Assembly: GCA_040755995.1 (NCBI GenBank)
Contig: JBFMAF010000044.1
Coordinates: 35,067-99,066, forward strand
Reading direction: 5' to 3'
Source of the DNA: Acidobacteriota bacterium
GTDB lineage: Bacteria; Acidobacteriota; CAIWXX01
DNA length: 64,000 bases
Shown here: one piece after another, positions 36,167-45,818 of the stretch
Layout: every line of letters begins with the position of its first letter
How positions within the stretch are numbered: position 1 is the first letter of the stretch
Program-made: the position numbers and the translations under genes
Notes under the pieces: model-generated
The model's input: only the letters and a program-made list of their open reading frames with translations
The model's database searches: none
What the model was told of the DNA's origin: nothing

Positions 36167-38161
36167 ATGAGATTGTCATCGATGCTTCCGCTGTCGTTAT
36201 TCCTGATCTTTCCACCGTTGTATTCGGAGGAAGCCAAGGTCGCCGTCACGGATGCTGATGCTCCGGCGGTGATCGACGAGATCGCCGCCAGGCACGGTGC
36301 CTCTGATCGCCTGACGCGCGGCGTCACTGGCGCCGCCCGGATGTGGAGGGCGGGAGATGGGAGCTCCGCGGAGTTCGCCGACTTCTGCAAGGAATACTAC
36401 CTGCCCGAGGGCGACGAGCTGCGGAGCACGTTCGAGCACATCCAGCTCGCTGCCGAGTCCATCGGCGGGCACTTCAACGCGATGGGCCGCGACCTGAACC
36501 GCCCGCTGGCGCTCGACATCGGCCCGATCCTCCCTATCGACTACCTTGTCGGCGAATTCGATCCCTCGGCGCATCTGTCCGAGGACCTGTTCACGTCGAA
36601 GATCGCGTTCGCGGCCCTGTTGAACTTCCCGCCGACAACGCTGGAAGAACGGCTGTCGCAGGGAGGCACGTGGACGCGCGAGCAATGGGCACGCGCCCGG
36701 CTGGCGCGGCATTTCACAGAGCGCATACCTGCGCCCGTACAGCAGGCGATCTCGAAGGCGCTGACCGCCGCAGACAACTACATCGCCGGCTACAACATAT
36801 ACATGCACAACCTCCTCACGCCGGATGGAAAGCGGCTGTTCCCCGAGGGCCTTCGCCTCATCACCCACTGGAACTTGCGCGATGAGATCAAGGCACAGTA
36901 CGCCGACAAGGACGGCCTGCCGCGGCAGAGGATGATCCAGACCGTGATGGAGAAGATCATCACGCAACAGATTCCGGAGAACGTCATCGACAACCCGAAG
37001 GTGGACTGGACTCCGACCGCTCCTCCACCCACGCCGCGTGAACCTGACAGGCGCTACGCGCGCCTGCTCGACGTTTTCCATGCGGCCCGTCTGGCCGATC
37101 CGTACTCGCCGGATCTCCCAACGCACATAGACCGCTGCTTCAAGAGAGATCGCGAGATCCCCGAGGAGAAGGTGGCGTCGCTCTTCAAGGAGGTGCTCAC
37201 TTCACCAGCCATCGCGCAGACCGCGAAGCTCATCGAGAAGCGCCTCGGACGCAAGCTGGAGCCATTCGACATCTGGTACAACGGATTCAAGGCGAGAGGC
37301 CGATATACCGAGGCCGAGCTGGACAAGATCGTGAGCGCTCGCTACCCGACAGCGGCCGCGTTCCAGGCGGGGCTCCCCGACATCTTCCGAAAACTCGGCT
37401 TCGCCCCGGACACGACAGGGTTCCTCGCGAGCAAGATCGTGGTCGACCCGTCGCGCGGCCCCGGCCACGCACTGGGCGCGCAGATGCGCGATGACAATGC
37501 GCACCTGCGCACGCGCGTCGGCCCCGGCGGAATGGACTACAAGGGCTACAACATCGCCGTACACGAGCTCGGGCACTGCACCGAGCAGGTGTTTTCGCTC
37601 AACCACATCGACTACACGATCCTGGCCGGCGTACCCAGCACGGGGTTCACCGAGGCGATGGCGTATCTCTTCCAGAATCGCGATCTCGAGCTGCTGGGCC
37701 TCTCGCCCGATCGCGACGAGAACCTCGAGACGCTCGACAAGCTTTGGATGACCTACGAGATCGCGGGCGTGTCGCTCGTCGACATGGCCGTCTGGCACTG
37801 GATGTACGATCATCCGAACGCAACGGCGGCCGAGCTGAGAGAGGCCGTCATCCAGATCTCCAAGGACACGTGGAACGCTTACTACGCACCTGTCTTCGGC
37901 ACCCGCGACGTCATTCTGCTGGGGATCTACTCTCACATGATCGATGCGGCCCTATACCTGCCGGACTACCCGCTCGGTCACTTCATAGAATTCCAGATCA
38001 GGCAGTACATGGAAGGAAAGGACATGGCTTCGGAGATGGAACGGATGTGCAAGTTGGGATCGATTACGCCTGACGCCTGGATGCAAGCCGCAGTGGGCGC
38101 GCCGATCTCGGCCGAACCGATGCTGCGGGCCGCCGCCGAAGCGCTGAAATCGGTGAAGTAG
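36167..38161 (+). CDS. Secreted zinc metallopeptidase-like protein (M3/M32-like gluzincin)
   Basis: Signal peptide; AVHELGH (HExxH) plus downstream FTEAMA third-ligand motif; DYPLGH. AGGAG RBS before ATG 36167. Confidence 0.7.
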   Translation: MRLSSMLPLSLFLIFPPLYSEEAKVAVTDADAPAVIDEIAARHGASDRLTRGVTGAARMWRAGDGSSAEFADFCKEYYLPEGDELRSTFEHIQLAAESIGGHFNAMGRDLNRPLALDIGPILPIDYLVGEFDPSAHLSEDLFTSKIAFAALLNFPPTTLEERLSQGGTWTREQWARARLARHFTERIPAPVQQAISKALTAADNYIAGYNIYMHNLLTPDGKRLFPEGLRLITHWNLRDEIKAQYADKDGLPRQRMIQTVMEKIITQQIPENVIDNPKVDWTPTAPPPTPREPDRRYARLLDVFHAARLADPYSPDLPTHIDRCFKRDREIPEEKVASLFKEVLTSPAIAQTAKLIEKRLGRKLEPFDIWYNGFKARGRYTEAELDKIVSARYPTAAAFQAGLPDIFRKLGFAPDTTGFLASKIVVDPSRGPGHALGAQMRDDNAHLRTRVGPGGMDYKGYNIAVHELGHCTEQVFSLNHIDYTILAGVPSTGFTEAMAYLFQNRDLELLGLSPDRDENLETLDKLWMTYEIAGVSLVDMAVWHWMYDHPNATAAELREAVIQISKDTWNAYYAPVFGTRDVILLGIYSHMIDAALYLPDYPLGHFIEFQIRQYMEGKDMASEMERMCKLGSITPDAWMQAAVGAPISAEPMLRAAAEALKSVK

Positions 38162-38218
38162 ACCGGCGAGCGCAAGCGTGTGACTGCGCGCTTCATACTT
38201 CAATACTTCAGGATGTGG

Positions 38219-38247
38219 TTGACATCGCGCGATTCATCGGGTATAAG
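38219..38247 (+). promoter_or_regulatory. Sigma-70 promoter of the tRNA gene
   Basis: TTGACA-N17-TATAAG. Confidence 0.8.
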
Positions 38248-38273
38248 AACGTCGAACCGAGAAGGTTTGCTGC

Positions 38274-38350
<77 letters not shown>

Positions 38351-38558
38351 CCTTCTTGTGTTATGCAGCGCGTCATAGGTCCACGGCAGATTCAACGGGT
38401 CGATGCAGGGTGTGACGCGCTGCATAGACGCCCGGCCACGGCAGGGACACCAGCCGGCTCGTCTGTATCGCGCGCGGGATCGTGGTCCATTGCGCAACGG
38501 CACTGCTTGGGTCAGAATCCCACCGCGCATTCGAGCGCCACACGAAGGGAGATCGCCG

Positions 38559-39791
38559 ATGCAGGACGAGATCGCAAACAGGCCGGTGGAAGGACTCGCG
38601 GCGATCTACGATCGGGCCGTGAGGCTGCTCGTGGATCTCTGCGACATTTCATCCCCAACCGGGGACTCGGCAGGGATTCGCGCGGTGGCGGAGAGGCTGG
38701 CGGAGGAGCTGATTCGGCGCGGCTTCAAGGCGGAGGTGCTGGAGGAGACGGGAGCCGGCAGAGCGCTCCAGCCGATTCTCCTCGCGCGAAGCGGTCCGGC
38801 CGCCCAACGTCACCTTCTGATCGCAGGCCACCTCGACACGGTTCTTCCGGCCGAGACACCGCGGGTCGATGGCGATCACTTGATTGCCACCGGCGCCTCG
38901 GACATGAAAGGAGGCTTCGCCGCATTCGTAGGTGCTCTGGATCTGCTCAAGCTCTGGCAGATGGAACCTCCCGCGGACGTCCTGCTGGTCGGCGTCCCTG
39001 ATGAGGAGATCGGCGGCCCGCTCACGGAGCTCGCAATGCAGCGCTGGGGTCAGGACGCTCGCGGGTTGCTAGTGCTCGAACCCGGCGAGCAGCGTGGAGA
39101 CGGCGAGACCGTTGTGGGGAGACGCCGAGGGATGTTCGCGTGGAAGCTGCGGATCGATGGGCAGGGGGCGCATTCCGGCATGGCCTACTGGCAGGGCCGA
39201 TCGGCGCTCGCAGCCGCGGCCGACTGGTGCCTCAGCGCGGTGAAGCAGTCGCAGCCGGGCCCGGGGCCCACCGTGAACGTGGGACGGCTCGTCGCCGGCG
39301 ACGCAACTTTCGTCGAGAACCTCGCCGAAGCACACGCGTGGATCGGCACATCGCGCCAGCTCAACATCGTTCCAAACCGGGCGATCGCCGAGGGCGAGGC
39401 GCGATTCTTCTCGACGATCGACGCCGAACGACTGCTCGGAGAATTGAGCAGCGCGGCTGCGCGGGTCAGCGAGATGTACGGCGTCACCTCGACATTCGAC
39501 GCGGGGAAGATGACCCCGCCAGTGGATCCTCAGGAGTCTGGCACGGCCCTGATCAAGCGCGCGACCCAGCTTGCCGCCGGCCGCGGGATGCGCCTGGTCG
39601 TCGACATGGAGCGGGGCGGGATATCGTTTCCCAACTGGCTGCCCGACCCATCCCGCGTGCCCGTGCTCGACGGACTCGGACCGGCGGGCGCCGGCATGCA
39701 CGCCCGAGGCGAGTTTGTCGACCTGGGCTCCTTGAGACGCAGAATCGTGCTGCTAGCCGACCTCCTTGCTGACTTACGGGTCACTGCATAG
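38559..39791 (+). CDS. M20-family metallopeptidase (glutamate carboxypeptidase-like)
   Basis: GHLDTV, GASDMKGG, DEEIGG, LEPG, GAHSG, DGLGPAGAGMH..GE. Confidence 0.9.
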   Translation: MQDEIANRPVEGLAAIYDRAVRLLVDLCDISSPTGDSAGIRAVAERLAEELIRRGFKAEVLEETGAGRALQPILLARSGPAAQRHLLIAGHLDTVLPAETPRVDGDHLIATGASDMKGGFAAFVGALDLLKLWQMEPPADVLLVGVPDEEIGGPLTELAMQRWGQDARGLLVLEPGEQRGDGETVVGRRRGMFAWKLRIDGQGAHSGMAYWQGRSALAAAADWCLSAVKQSQPGPGPTVNVGRLVAGDATFVENLAEAHAWIGTSRQLNIVPNRAIAEGEARFFSTIDAERLLGELSSAAARVSEMYGVTSTFDAGKMTPPVDPQESGTALIKRATQLAAGRGMRLVVDMERGGISFPNWLPDPSRVPVLDGLGPAGAGMHARGEFVDLGSLRRRIVLLADLLADLRVTA

Positions 39792-39953
39792 CGCAAATCC
39801 ACGATCGTTTCGGAGAGTCGCTCGGGCTCGCCGCGATCGCGACACAGAACGATGCCCCCTCACCGCGTCTCGATGTCCCCGCGTCTCCGCGTCGGATTCA
39901 GGATGGAACGAACCATTCCGACCGGTAGAGCCTCCAGAAACGCTCCAGCCCTC

Positions 39954-42900
39954 CTACTTAACGGGGTCGGGCGGGCGCGGCGGGAGCGCCGCCGGCTTCT
40001 CTTTCATCTTCTCCAATACCACAGCTATCGCCTTCTCGAGCTGCGGGTCCTGTCCCCTGGCCACGAGGTCAGGCCGGTTATCTACCTCGATGTCAGGATC
40101 CACACCGTGGTTCTCGATGTTCCACTTGCCTTCCAGATCATAGTTGCCGAACTCCGGCCGCGTCACGTAGCCGCCGTCGACAAGCGGCGAGTAGCCGCGG
40201 ATGCCGACGACCCCGCCCCACGTGCGCATGCCGATGAGCGGCCCGAGACCGTACTTCTTGAAGTAGTAGGGGAAGATGTCGCCGTCGGATGCGGAGTACT
40301 GATTGATGAGGCAGACCATCGGGCCGGTGAAGACGCTGGCGGGATAGGTGGTTTCCGCGGCGTTTCTCGCCGTGCCCATGCCGGCGAGCACGCGGCGCAG
40401 CCGCTCGATGATCATCTCCGAAACGAAGCCGCCGCCGTTGTATCGCACGTCGACGATCAGCCCCTCTTTGCGGATCTGGGCGTAGAAGGTGCGGGCGAAC
40501 TCGTTGAGTCCGTCGCCGCCCATGTCGGGGATGTGGATGTACCCGACACGGCCGCCCGTCGCCTGATCAACCTTGCGGCGGTTGGCCAGGACCCAATCCA
40601 CGTATCGCAGGTCGCCTTCGTTGTCCAGCGGGGTGACGACGACGTCGCGCGCGCTCTCGGTGGCGGGCCTGGTGTTGACGCGGAGCGTCACAGTGCGCCC
40701 GGCGGCGTTTTCCAAGAGACTCTCGGGGACTGCCGGTGCCCGCAGGTCCTGGCCGTCGATCGCGAGCACGTAGGAGCCGGGGGCGATGTTGAGTCCGGGG
40801 TCGATGAGCGGAGAGCGGCGCGACGGAATCCAGCTCTGGCCTTCCAGGATGCGGGCGATGCGGTATCGGCCGCTGGCCGCGTCGAGCTCCCAGTCGATGC
40901 CCAGGTTGCCGATCGAGACCTTCTTTGGCTTCGGCGCGTCGCCGCCACCGACGTACGAGTGCGAGCAATTCAGCTCGGCGATCATTTCCCCTATCAGGTA
41001 GCTGAGATCGCTGCGGTGGGAGACGTACGGGAGGAGCTGAGCGTAGCGATCGTGGAGGGCTTTCCAGTCGTAGCCGTGCATGTTGGCGGCGTAGAAGAAG
41101 TCCCGCTCCTGCCGCCACGCGTCGTCGAACATCTGCCGGAATTCCGCGCGCCGGTCGAGCTTGACTTGCATGCCGGCGAGGCTCAGCGCGCCGTCTCCGA
41201 CCTTGGCTGTGGTCCCGACCTTGGCATCGACGATGCCGTATTTCTTCTCGCTCTTGTAGATCAGCTTCTCGCCGCCCGCGGCCAGATCATAGTTGTCGAT
41301 GCCGGTGAGCAGCACGGCGTCTTTGCGCTTGTCCATGTCGAAGAGGTGGAGCGAGACCGAGGGCCCTTTCGGTCCACCGGTAAGGTAATTGTCCTGGCCT
41401 TCCATGAAGACGAGGCGGTCGGCGGCGGCCGTCAATCCGAAGTAGTTGCCCGGTTCGACCGGGAACGGCACGACGCGCGACTCGATCGCGGATGTGTCGA
41501 TCTTCATCGGCTTTACGGGTTCTTCCTTCTTCGCATGCTGCTTGCTTTCGGCCGCGCCGTCTTTGCCGTCTTTGGATGTCTTGGCGGGTGTTTCCGGTGC
41601 GGCCTTGGCCTCGTCGCTCTGCGGCTCGAACGGCGACGGCGCGTCGGCCTGTAGAGTCACCGCGTACGGGCGGGTCATCTTGGTGTACAGGTAGTTGCCT
41701 TCCCACGGCGCAAGGATCGCGTTGAAGTCGCGGTTGGAAAGGAAGTAGAGATACCTACCCTCTGGATCGAACACCGGTTCACTGCTGTCGGTGGCGTCGC
41801 TCGTAACTGCGAATATTTTCTTCTGAGCCAGCGAGTAGAGCATGATGGAACCGAACTGGTTTCGGCTCGGTTTCCTGTAGGCGAGCCATTGGCTGTCGGG
41901 AGACCAGGCATACTGCGTGATCTCCCAGGCCTCGGCCTTGTCCACCTGGGTCTGTGTTTTGGTTGCGACGTCCAGGTACCAGAGCTTCAGATCCTTGTCG
42001 GCGAATGCGATCTTCTTGGAGTCCGGGGACCAGACTGGATTGAAGCGGTAGCAATGTCCATCGGAAGTCAGTCGCTGGGCCGGCGCTTTCCCGTCCTGAG
42101 CGACGATGTAGATCTCATCCTCGCCGCTTGCGTCCGAGACATAGGCCACGTACTTCGCGTCGGGCGACCACACGCCCCCGCGCTCGCGAGAACCGCTGCT
42201 GTTCGTGAGATTCCTGCTGTTCCCTTTCTCCGCCGGCACCGTGAATATGTCGCCGCGGGCGGCGAAGAGCGCGCGCTTTGCGTCCGGTGACAGCGCGAAC
42301 CCCGTGATGTTCTCCGAGGCGTCGACGAACTCGCTGCGCGACCATCGCCTGTCGCTGTCGGCCTCGATCGCGAGCTTCGTGAGCTTCTCGGTCGCCAGCT
42401 CCAGGAGGTACAGATAGCCGCCGTTTTCGAACACTATGCGATCGGGACCGAGGCTCGGCCACTTTACATCGAAGTCGGTGAAGCTCGTGTGCTTCCTGAC
42501 CTGCTTCGATCGCACGTCGATCGAGAAGAGATTCTCAGTGTTGTCGCGATCCCCCGCGTAGTACACCTTGTCCCCGATCCACATAGGGAAGTGATGCGTC
42601 GTCTCGTTGTCAGTGAGGCGCTCGGCAGTGTTCGCATCGAGGTCGTAGATCCAGATGTCCTGCGTCATCCCGCCGCGGTAGCGCTTCCACGTGCGGAAGT
42701 CGCGGAAGATGCGGTTGTAGGCCACCTTCTTTCCGTCGGGCGAGTACGAGGCCAGGCCGCCTTCGGTCATCGGGAGCGGCTTCGGGCTTCCGCCGTCCAC
42801 ACTGACGGTGTAGAGGCGCCCGACCCACGAATCCATGCTCTGGTGGCGCGACCGGAACAGGATGCTCTTGCCGTCGGGCGTCCAGTCGATGACCTCGTTG

Positions 42901-43262
42901 TTGGGCCCCATGCGCTCCGACGGCGCGCCCGCGTCGGTCCACCACGTGAGCCGTCGCGGTTCGCCGCCGGTCGCCGGCATGACGTACACGTCACGGTTCC
43001 CGTCGTACTCGCCGGTGAAGGCGATCCACTTGCCGTCGGGGGAGAACTTCGGGAACCACTCCAGGCCTGGATCGGCTGTCAGCTGTCGCGCCTGGGCCGC
43101 CTGGCCGGAAGGATCCAGGGGGGCGATCCACAGGTCGCCGGCGTACACGAAGGCCACGCTGTCGCGCGACACGTCGGGAAAACGAAGAAGCCGTGCTTCA
43201 GCGGCAGTCAGAGCCGCGACTGCCGTCGTGAGTGCCAGAAACGTCGAGATCGCCTTCAGCAT
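39954..43262 (-). CDS. Tricorn-type S41 serine protease (beta-propellers, PDZ, catalytic domain)
   Basis: RLLRFPD, PD40 repeats (FSPDGKW), VGYIHIPDM, DVRYNGGG, SASDGDIF, RTWGGVVG, ENHGVDPD. Confidence 0.95.
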   Translation of the reverse strand: MLKAISTFLALTTAVAALTAAEARLLRFPDVSRDSVAFVYAGDLWIAPLDPSGQAAQARQLTADPGLEWFPKFSPDGKWIAFTGEYDGNRDVYVMPATGGEPRRLTWWTDAGAPSERMGPNNEVIDWTPDGKSILFRSRHQSMDSWVGRLYTVSVDGGSPKPLPMTEGGLASYSPDGKKVAYNRIFRDFRTWKRYRGGMTQDIWIYDLDANTAERLTDNETTHHFPMWIGDKVYYAGDRDNTENLFSIDVRSKQVRKHTSFTDFDVKWPSLGPDRIVFENGGYLYLLELATEKLTKLAIEADSDRRWSRSEFVDASENITGFALSPDAKRALFAARGDIFTVPAEKGNSRNLTNSSGSRERGGVWSPDAKYVAYVSDASGEDEIYIVAQDGKAPAQRLTSDGHCYRFNPVWSPDSKKIAFADKDLKLWYLDVATKTQTQVDKAEAWEITQYAWSPDSQWLAYRKPSRNQFGSIMLYSLAQKKIFAVTSDATDSSEPVFDPEGRYLYFLSNRDFNAILAPWEGNYLYTKMTRPYAVTLQADAPSPFEPQSDEAKAAPETPAKTSKDGKDGAAESKQHAKKEEPVKPMKIDTSAIESRVVPFPVEPGNYFGLTAAADRLVFMEGQDNYLTGGPKGPSVSLHLFDMDKRKDAVLLTGIDNYDLAAGGEKLIYKSEKKYGIVDAKVGTTAKVGDGALSLAGMQVKLDRRAEFRQMFDDAWRQERDFFYAANMHGYDWKALHDRYAQLLPYVSHRSDLSYLIGEMIAELNCSHSYVGGGDAPKPKKVSIGNLGIDWELDAASGRYRIARILEGQSWIPSRRSPLIDPGLNIAPGSYVLAIDGQDLRAPAVPESLLENAAGRTVTLRVNTRPATESARDVVVTPLDNEGDLRYVDWVLANRRKVDQATGGRVGYIHIPDMGGDGLNEFARTFYAQIRKEGLIVDVRYNGGGFVSEMIIERLRRVLAGMGTARNAAETTYPASVFTGPMVCLINQYSASDGDIFPYYFKKYGLGPLIGMRTWGGVVGIRGYSPLVDGGYVTRPEFGNYDLEGKWNIENHGVDPDIEVDNRPDLVARGQDPQLEKAIAVVLEKMKEKPAALPPRPPDPVK

Positions 43263-43490
43263 TTGTCACTCCATGTAGATAGATGATGATGTGCACATGC
43301 GGCATTCTATACAGTGCGTCACAAGCCCACAACAGACTCAACGAGTCGACGCGGTGCGTGACGCGCCGTATAGCACGACGGCGAGGATGTTCGTTCGCGG
43401 TCAGGTCCACGAATGCAAAGGCCATGACGCCCGATCGCGGCGGTGGGGCCGGAGCGTCCCTCCGTTCTGGCGTCCCCCCCTGAGATCCCC

Positions 43491-43520
43491 TTGACAGCGG
43501 CCAGCGATCTCACGTAGATT
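43491..43520 (+). promoter_or_regulatory. Candidate sigma-70 promoter for the RiPP precursor
   Basis: TTGACA-N18-TAGATT, about 175 nt upstream of the precursor start. Confidence 0.45.
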
Positions 43521-43693
43521 GGCCCGACAGAGAAGAAATGGCGCCGATCACACTCGGGCGGAGGGGGGCATCGGCCGAACTCCGTCCACGTTGAGGAAGG
43601 GGGGTGCGGATCAATCGAGCCAAGTGACGTTTGCCACGGAGTGTTGTTGGACGAATTTGTAAACATTGACACGGATAGACCACGGAGGCACAT

Positions 43694-44023
43694 GTGAGCG
43701 AGATTGAACGCTTCGAGAAGGACGTCAAGAGCGACCAGAAGCTGCGCGATGAGCTGAAGCAGAAGGGTCTGGATGCGGCCAAGATTGTGGAGTTCGCCAA
43801 CGCCAAAGGTTACAAGATTACCAAGGCTGACGTCGCAGCGTATGCCAAGGCGAAGAAGGCCAAGCTGAGTGAGGAGGCTCTCGCAAAGGTCGCAGCAGGC
43901 GATACTACGCAGACCTCAACCGACGTCGAGCAGAGCGGGGTAGAAGTGACGACCTACGCGACCACATCTGAGGTCGAGGTTGAAACCGAAGTCGCCGCGG
44001 TCGCCGCAGTGTGCTTGACGTAG
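43694..44023 (+). CDS. Nif11-like leader peptide RiPP precursor (69-aa leader + 40-aa core)
   Basis: GGAGG RBS + GTG; IERF..D...D..LR...IVEFANAKGY.IT..D; double-glycine-type cleavage site LSEEALAKVAAG; core DTTQTSTDVEQSGVEVTTYATTSEVEVETEVAAVAAVCLT. Confidence 0.93.
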   Translation: MSEIERFEKDVKSDQKLRDELKQKGLDAAKIVEFANAKGYKITKADVAAYAKAKKAKLSEEALAKVAAGDTTQTSTDVEQSGVEVTTYATTSEVEVETEVAAVAAVCLT

Positions 44024-44213
44024 ACGCAGTAGCTCGTTAGGCGAAGGGTAAGCAGCTAGGCCGCACTGCCGTGCACAGTCGTTGAGAAGAGGGGAGAATC
44101 TATGCATGTCGCCCCTGTTGAGCGGCTTTCCACGATCCTTCGTCCCCTTTCGGCAATGAGGCGATGCTGCCATCTGGAGGCGACGGTCATTTCGCGGAAA
44201 GACTGAATCCACG

Positions 44214-45773
44214 ATGGTAGGACAGCCTGAACAGCAGGGCACGAGGCAGAGCCAATGCGAAGACCCGTTTGAATTCCAGCGCAGATGCACCGAATCCCGG
44301 ACGAGCGAAGAGAAGAGAAAGATCGCCAGGATCAAGCGCCTCTGCGAGTGGCTCATGGCGGATGCGGAATTCCGCCTAGCGCTCAAACAGTACCCCGAGA
44401 AGGCGGCGTCCCTGGCAGCCGAGCGCGGCCTCGCCGTAGACCCCATGTCTGTGGCACCTCTCTGGGCTGACGGGTTCACGACGATCCTGCCGAAGAAGAC
44501 GACCGGCCAGCACCCCGACCTCGACCTCTGGGTTGATTGGGTGCTCGACATCGCCCGATTCCGCGATCTGCTCAGGCTCGAAGGCGACCCGGGCGAGCAC
44601 AACCCTCGCGTGCACGCCTGGCGCCGCCGCCAGATCTTCAGGAACGACATGGAGCTGGGCCCCAGGAATCGCGCCATCACATATCCGCTGTTTTCGTACG
44701 AGCTGACACTGGGGTGCTCCGTCAGGTGCTGGTTCTGCGCTCTGTCCGCTCCCCGGTTGCAGGGGATATTCAGATACTCGCCTGCGAATGGAAGGCTGTG
44801 GAGGGATGTGCTGGAGACGGCGCTCCGTGTGGTGGGGCCGCGCGCGGCGCGGACGGGCGTCTGTTACCACGCGACCGAGCCTGCCGACAACCCTGACTAC
44901 TTCAGGTTCCTCGATGACTACCGCGAAGTGAACGGGATACTCTGCCAGACGACGACGGCCGCTGCGATGCGGAACTCGGAGTGGACCGGGCGGCTCCTCG
45001 ATATGTACGAACGCCACGACAGCGTGAAGTCGCGGTTCTCGATTCTGACGTTGGACACCCTTAGGAAAGTCCATCAGACGTTTGATCCGGACAGGATGCT
45101 GAGAATCGAGTGCCTGATGCACAATCGCGAATCGATGATCTTCAAAGCGCACAGCGGGCGCGCCGCACAGTCGTGGAACAGCCGATGGGAGAATGAGTAC
45201 CGGGCGCGGGTCGCGGAGAAGGCCGGAATGGAGCGCCCCGAGGGCACCCCTGAACCGGGAGACGTGAGCGTGCCGAAGGGGATGAGCGGGACGATCGCCT
45301 GCATCGCCGGATTCCTGGTCAACATGGTCGAGAAGACCGTTCGACTCGTAAGCCCGTGCGAGAGCTCTGATCGCTGGCCGCATGGGTATCGGATACACGC
45401 CGAGGGGAGGTTCGAGACCACGGCCGACTACGGGGAGCTCATCGAACGATTCATCGACGAACATATGCCGATGTCGCTCCCGAGCGGCTCGCCGGTGAGC
45501 TTCCGCCGCGGCCTCCACCACGAGGAGACCCAGACGGGTTTCAAGCTGGCATCGAGGAATCGGAAGGTGTCATTCAGCGCGAGCGAGGCTCCCTACCGCA
45601 CCGCGGGGCGCCTGATCGCAGAGGGCAAGCTGAACTCGGCTCGGATTCTGGATGCGCTGGTGGACGCGGGCGAGGACTACCTGGTGTCGGCGACCGTTCT
45701 TTCGGATCTGTTCGAAAAAGGCGTTCTGGAGGATGAGCCCTGGGAGGACGGAAGCCGGTTGGCGTACCCATGA
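44214..45773 (+). CDS. Radical SAM peptide epimerase (PoyD/OspD-like)
   Basis: IARIKRLCEW..AD.EFR, AWRRRQI.R, ELTLGCSVRCWFC, CYHATEP.DNPDY, QTTTA, GTIACIAGFLVNMV..TV.L.SPC...RWP.GY. Confidence 0.9.
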   Translation: MVGQPEQQGTRQSQCEDPFEFQRRCTESRTSEEKRKIARIKRLCEWLMADAEFRLALKQYPEKAASLAAERGLAVDPMSVAPLWADGFTTILPKKTTGQHPDLDLWVDWVLDIARFRDLLRLEGDPGEHNPRVHAWRRRQIFRNDMELGPRNRAITYPLFSYELTLGCSVRCWFCALSAPRLQGIFRYSPANGRLWRDVLETALRVVGPRAARTGVCYHATEPADNPDYFRFLDDYREVNGILCQTTTAAAMRNSEWTGRLLDMYERHDSVKSRFSILTLDTLRKVHQTFDPDRMLRIECLMHNRESMIFKAHSGRAAQSWNSRWENEYRARVAEKAGMERPEGTPEPGDVSVPKGMSGTIACIAGFLVNMVEKTVRLVSPCESSDRWPHGYRIHAEGRFETTADYGELIERFIDEHMPMSLPSGSPVSFRRGLHHEETQTGFKLASRNRKVSFSASEAPYRTAGRLIAEGKLNSARILDALVDAGEDYLVSATVLSDLFEKGVLEDEPWEDGSRLAYP

Positions 45774-45818
45774 TTTCAGAGTCTCACATGTGAGGTTGAC
45801 TACCTCCTCAGGGGCGAT

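Noticed and set aside
39852..41654. 600-aa plus-strand ORF
   Set aside because: Antisense shadow of the tricorn protease.
43263..44213. Cobalamin riboswitch ahead of the B12-dependent genes
   Set aside because: No recognisable B12-box or conserved riboswitch core by eye; an Rfam scan would be decisive.
44024..44213. Second precursor peptide between precursor and epimerase
   Set aside because: No ORF with a leader-like sequence; only a possible hairpin near 44090-44116.
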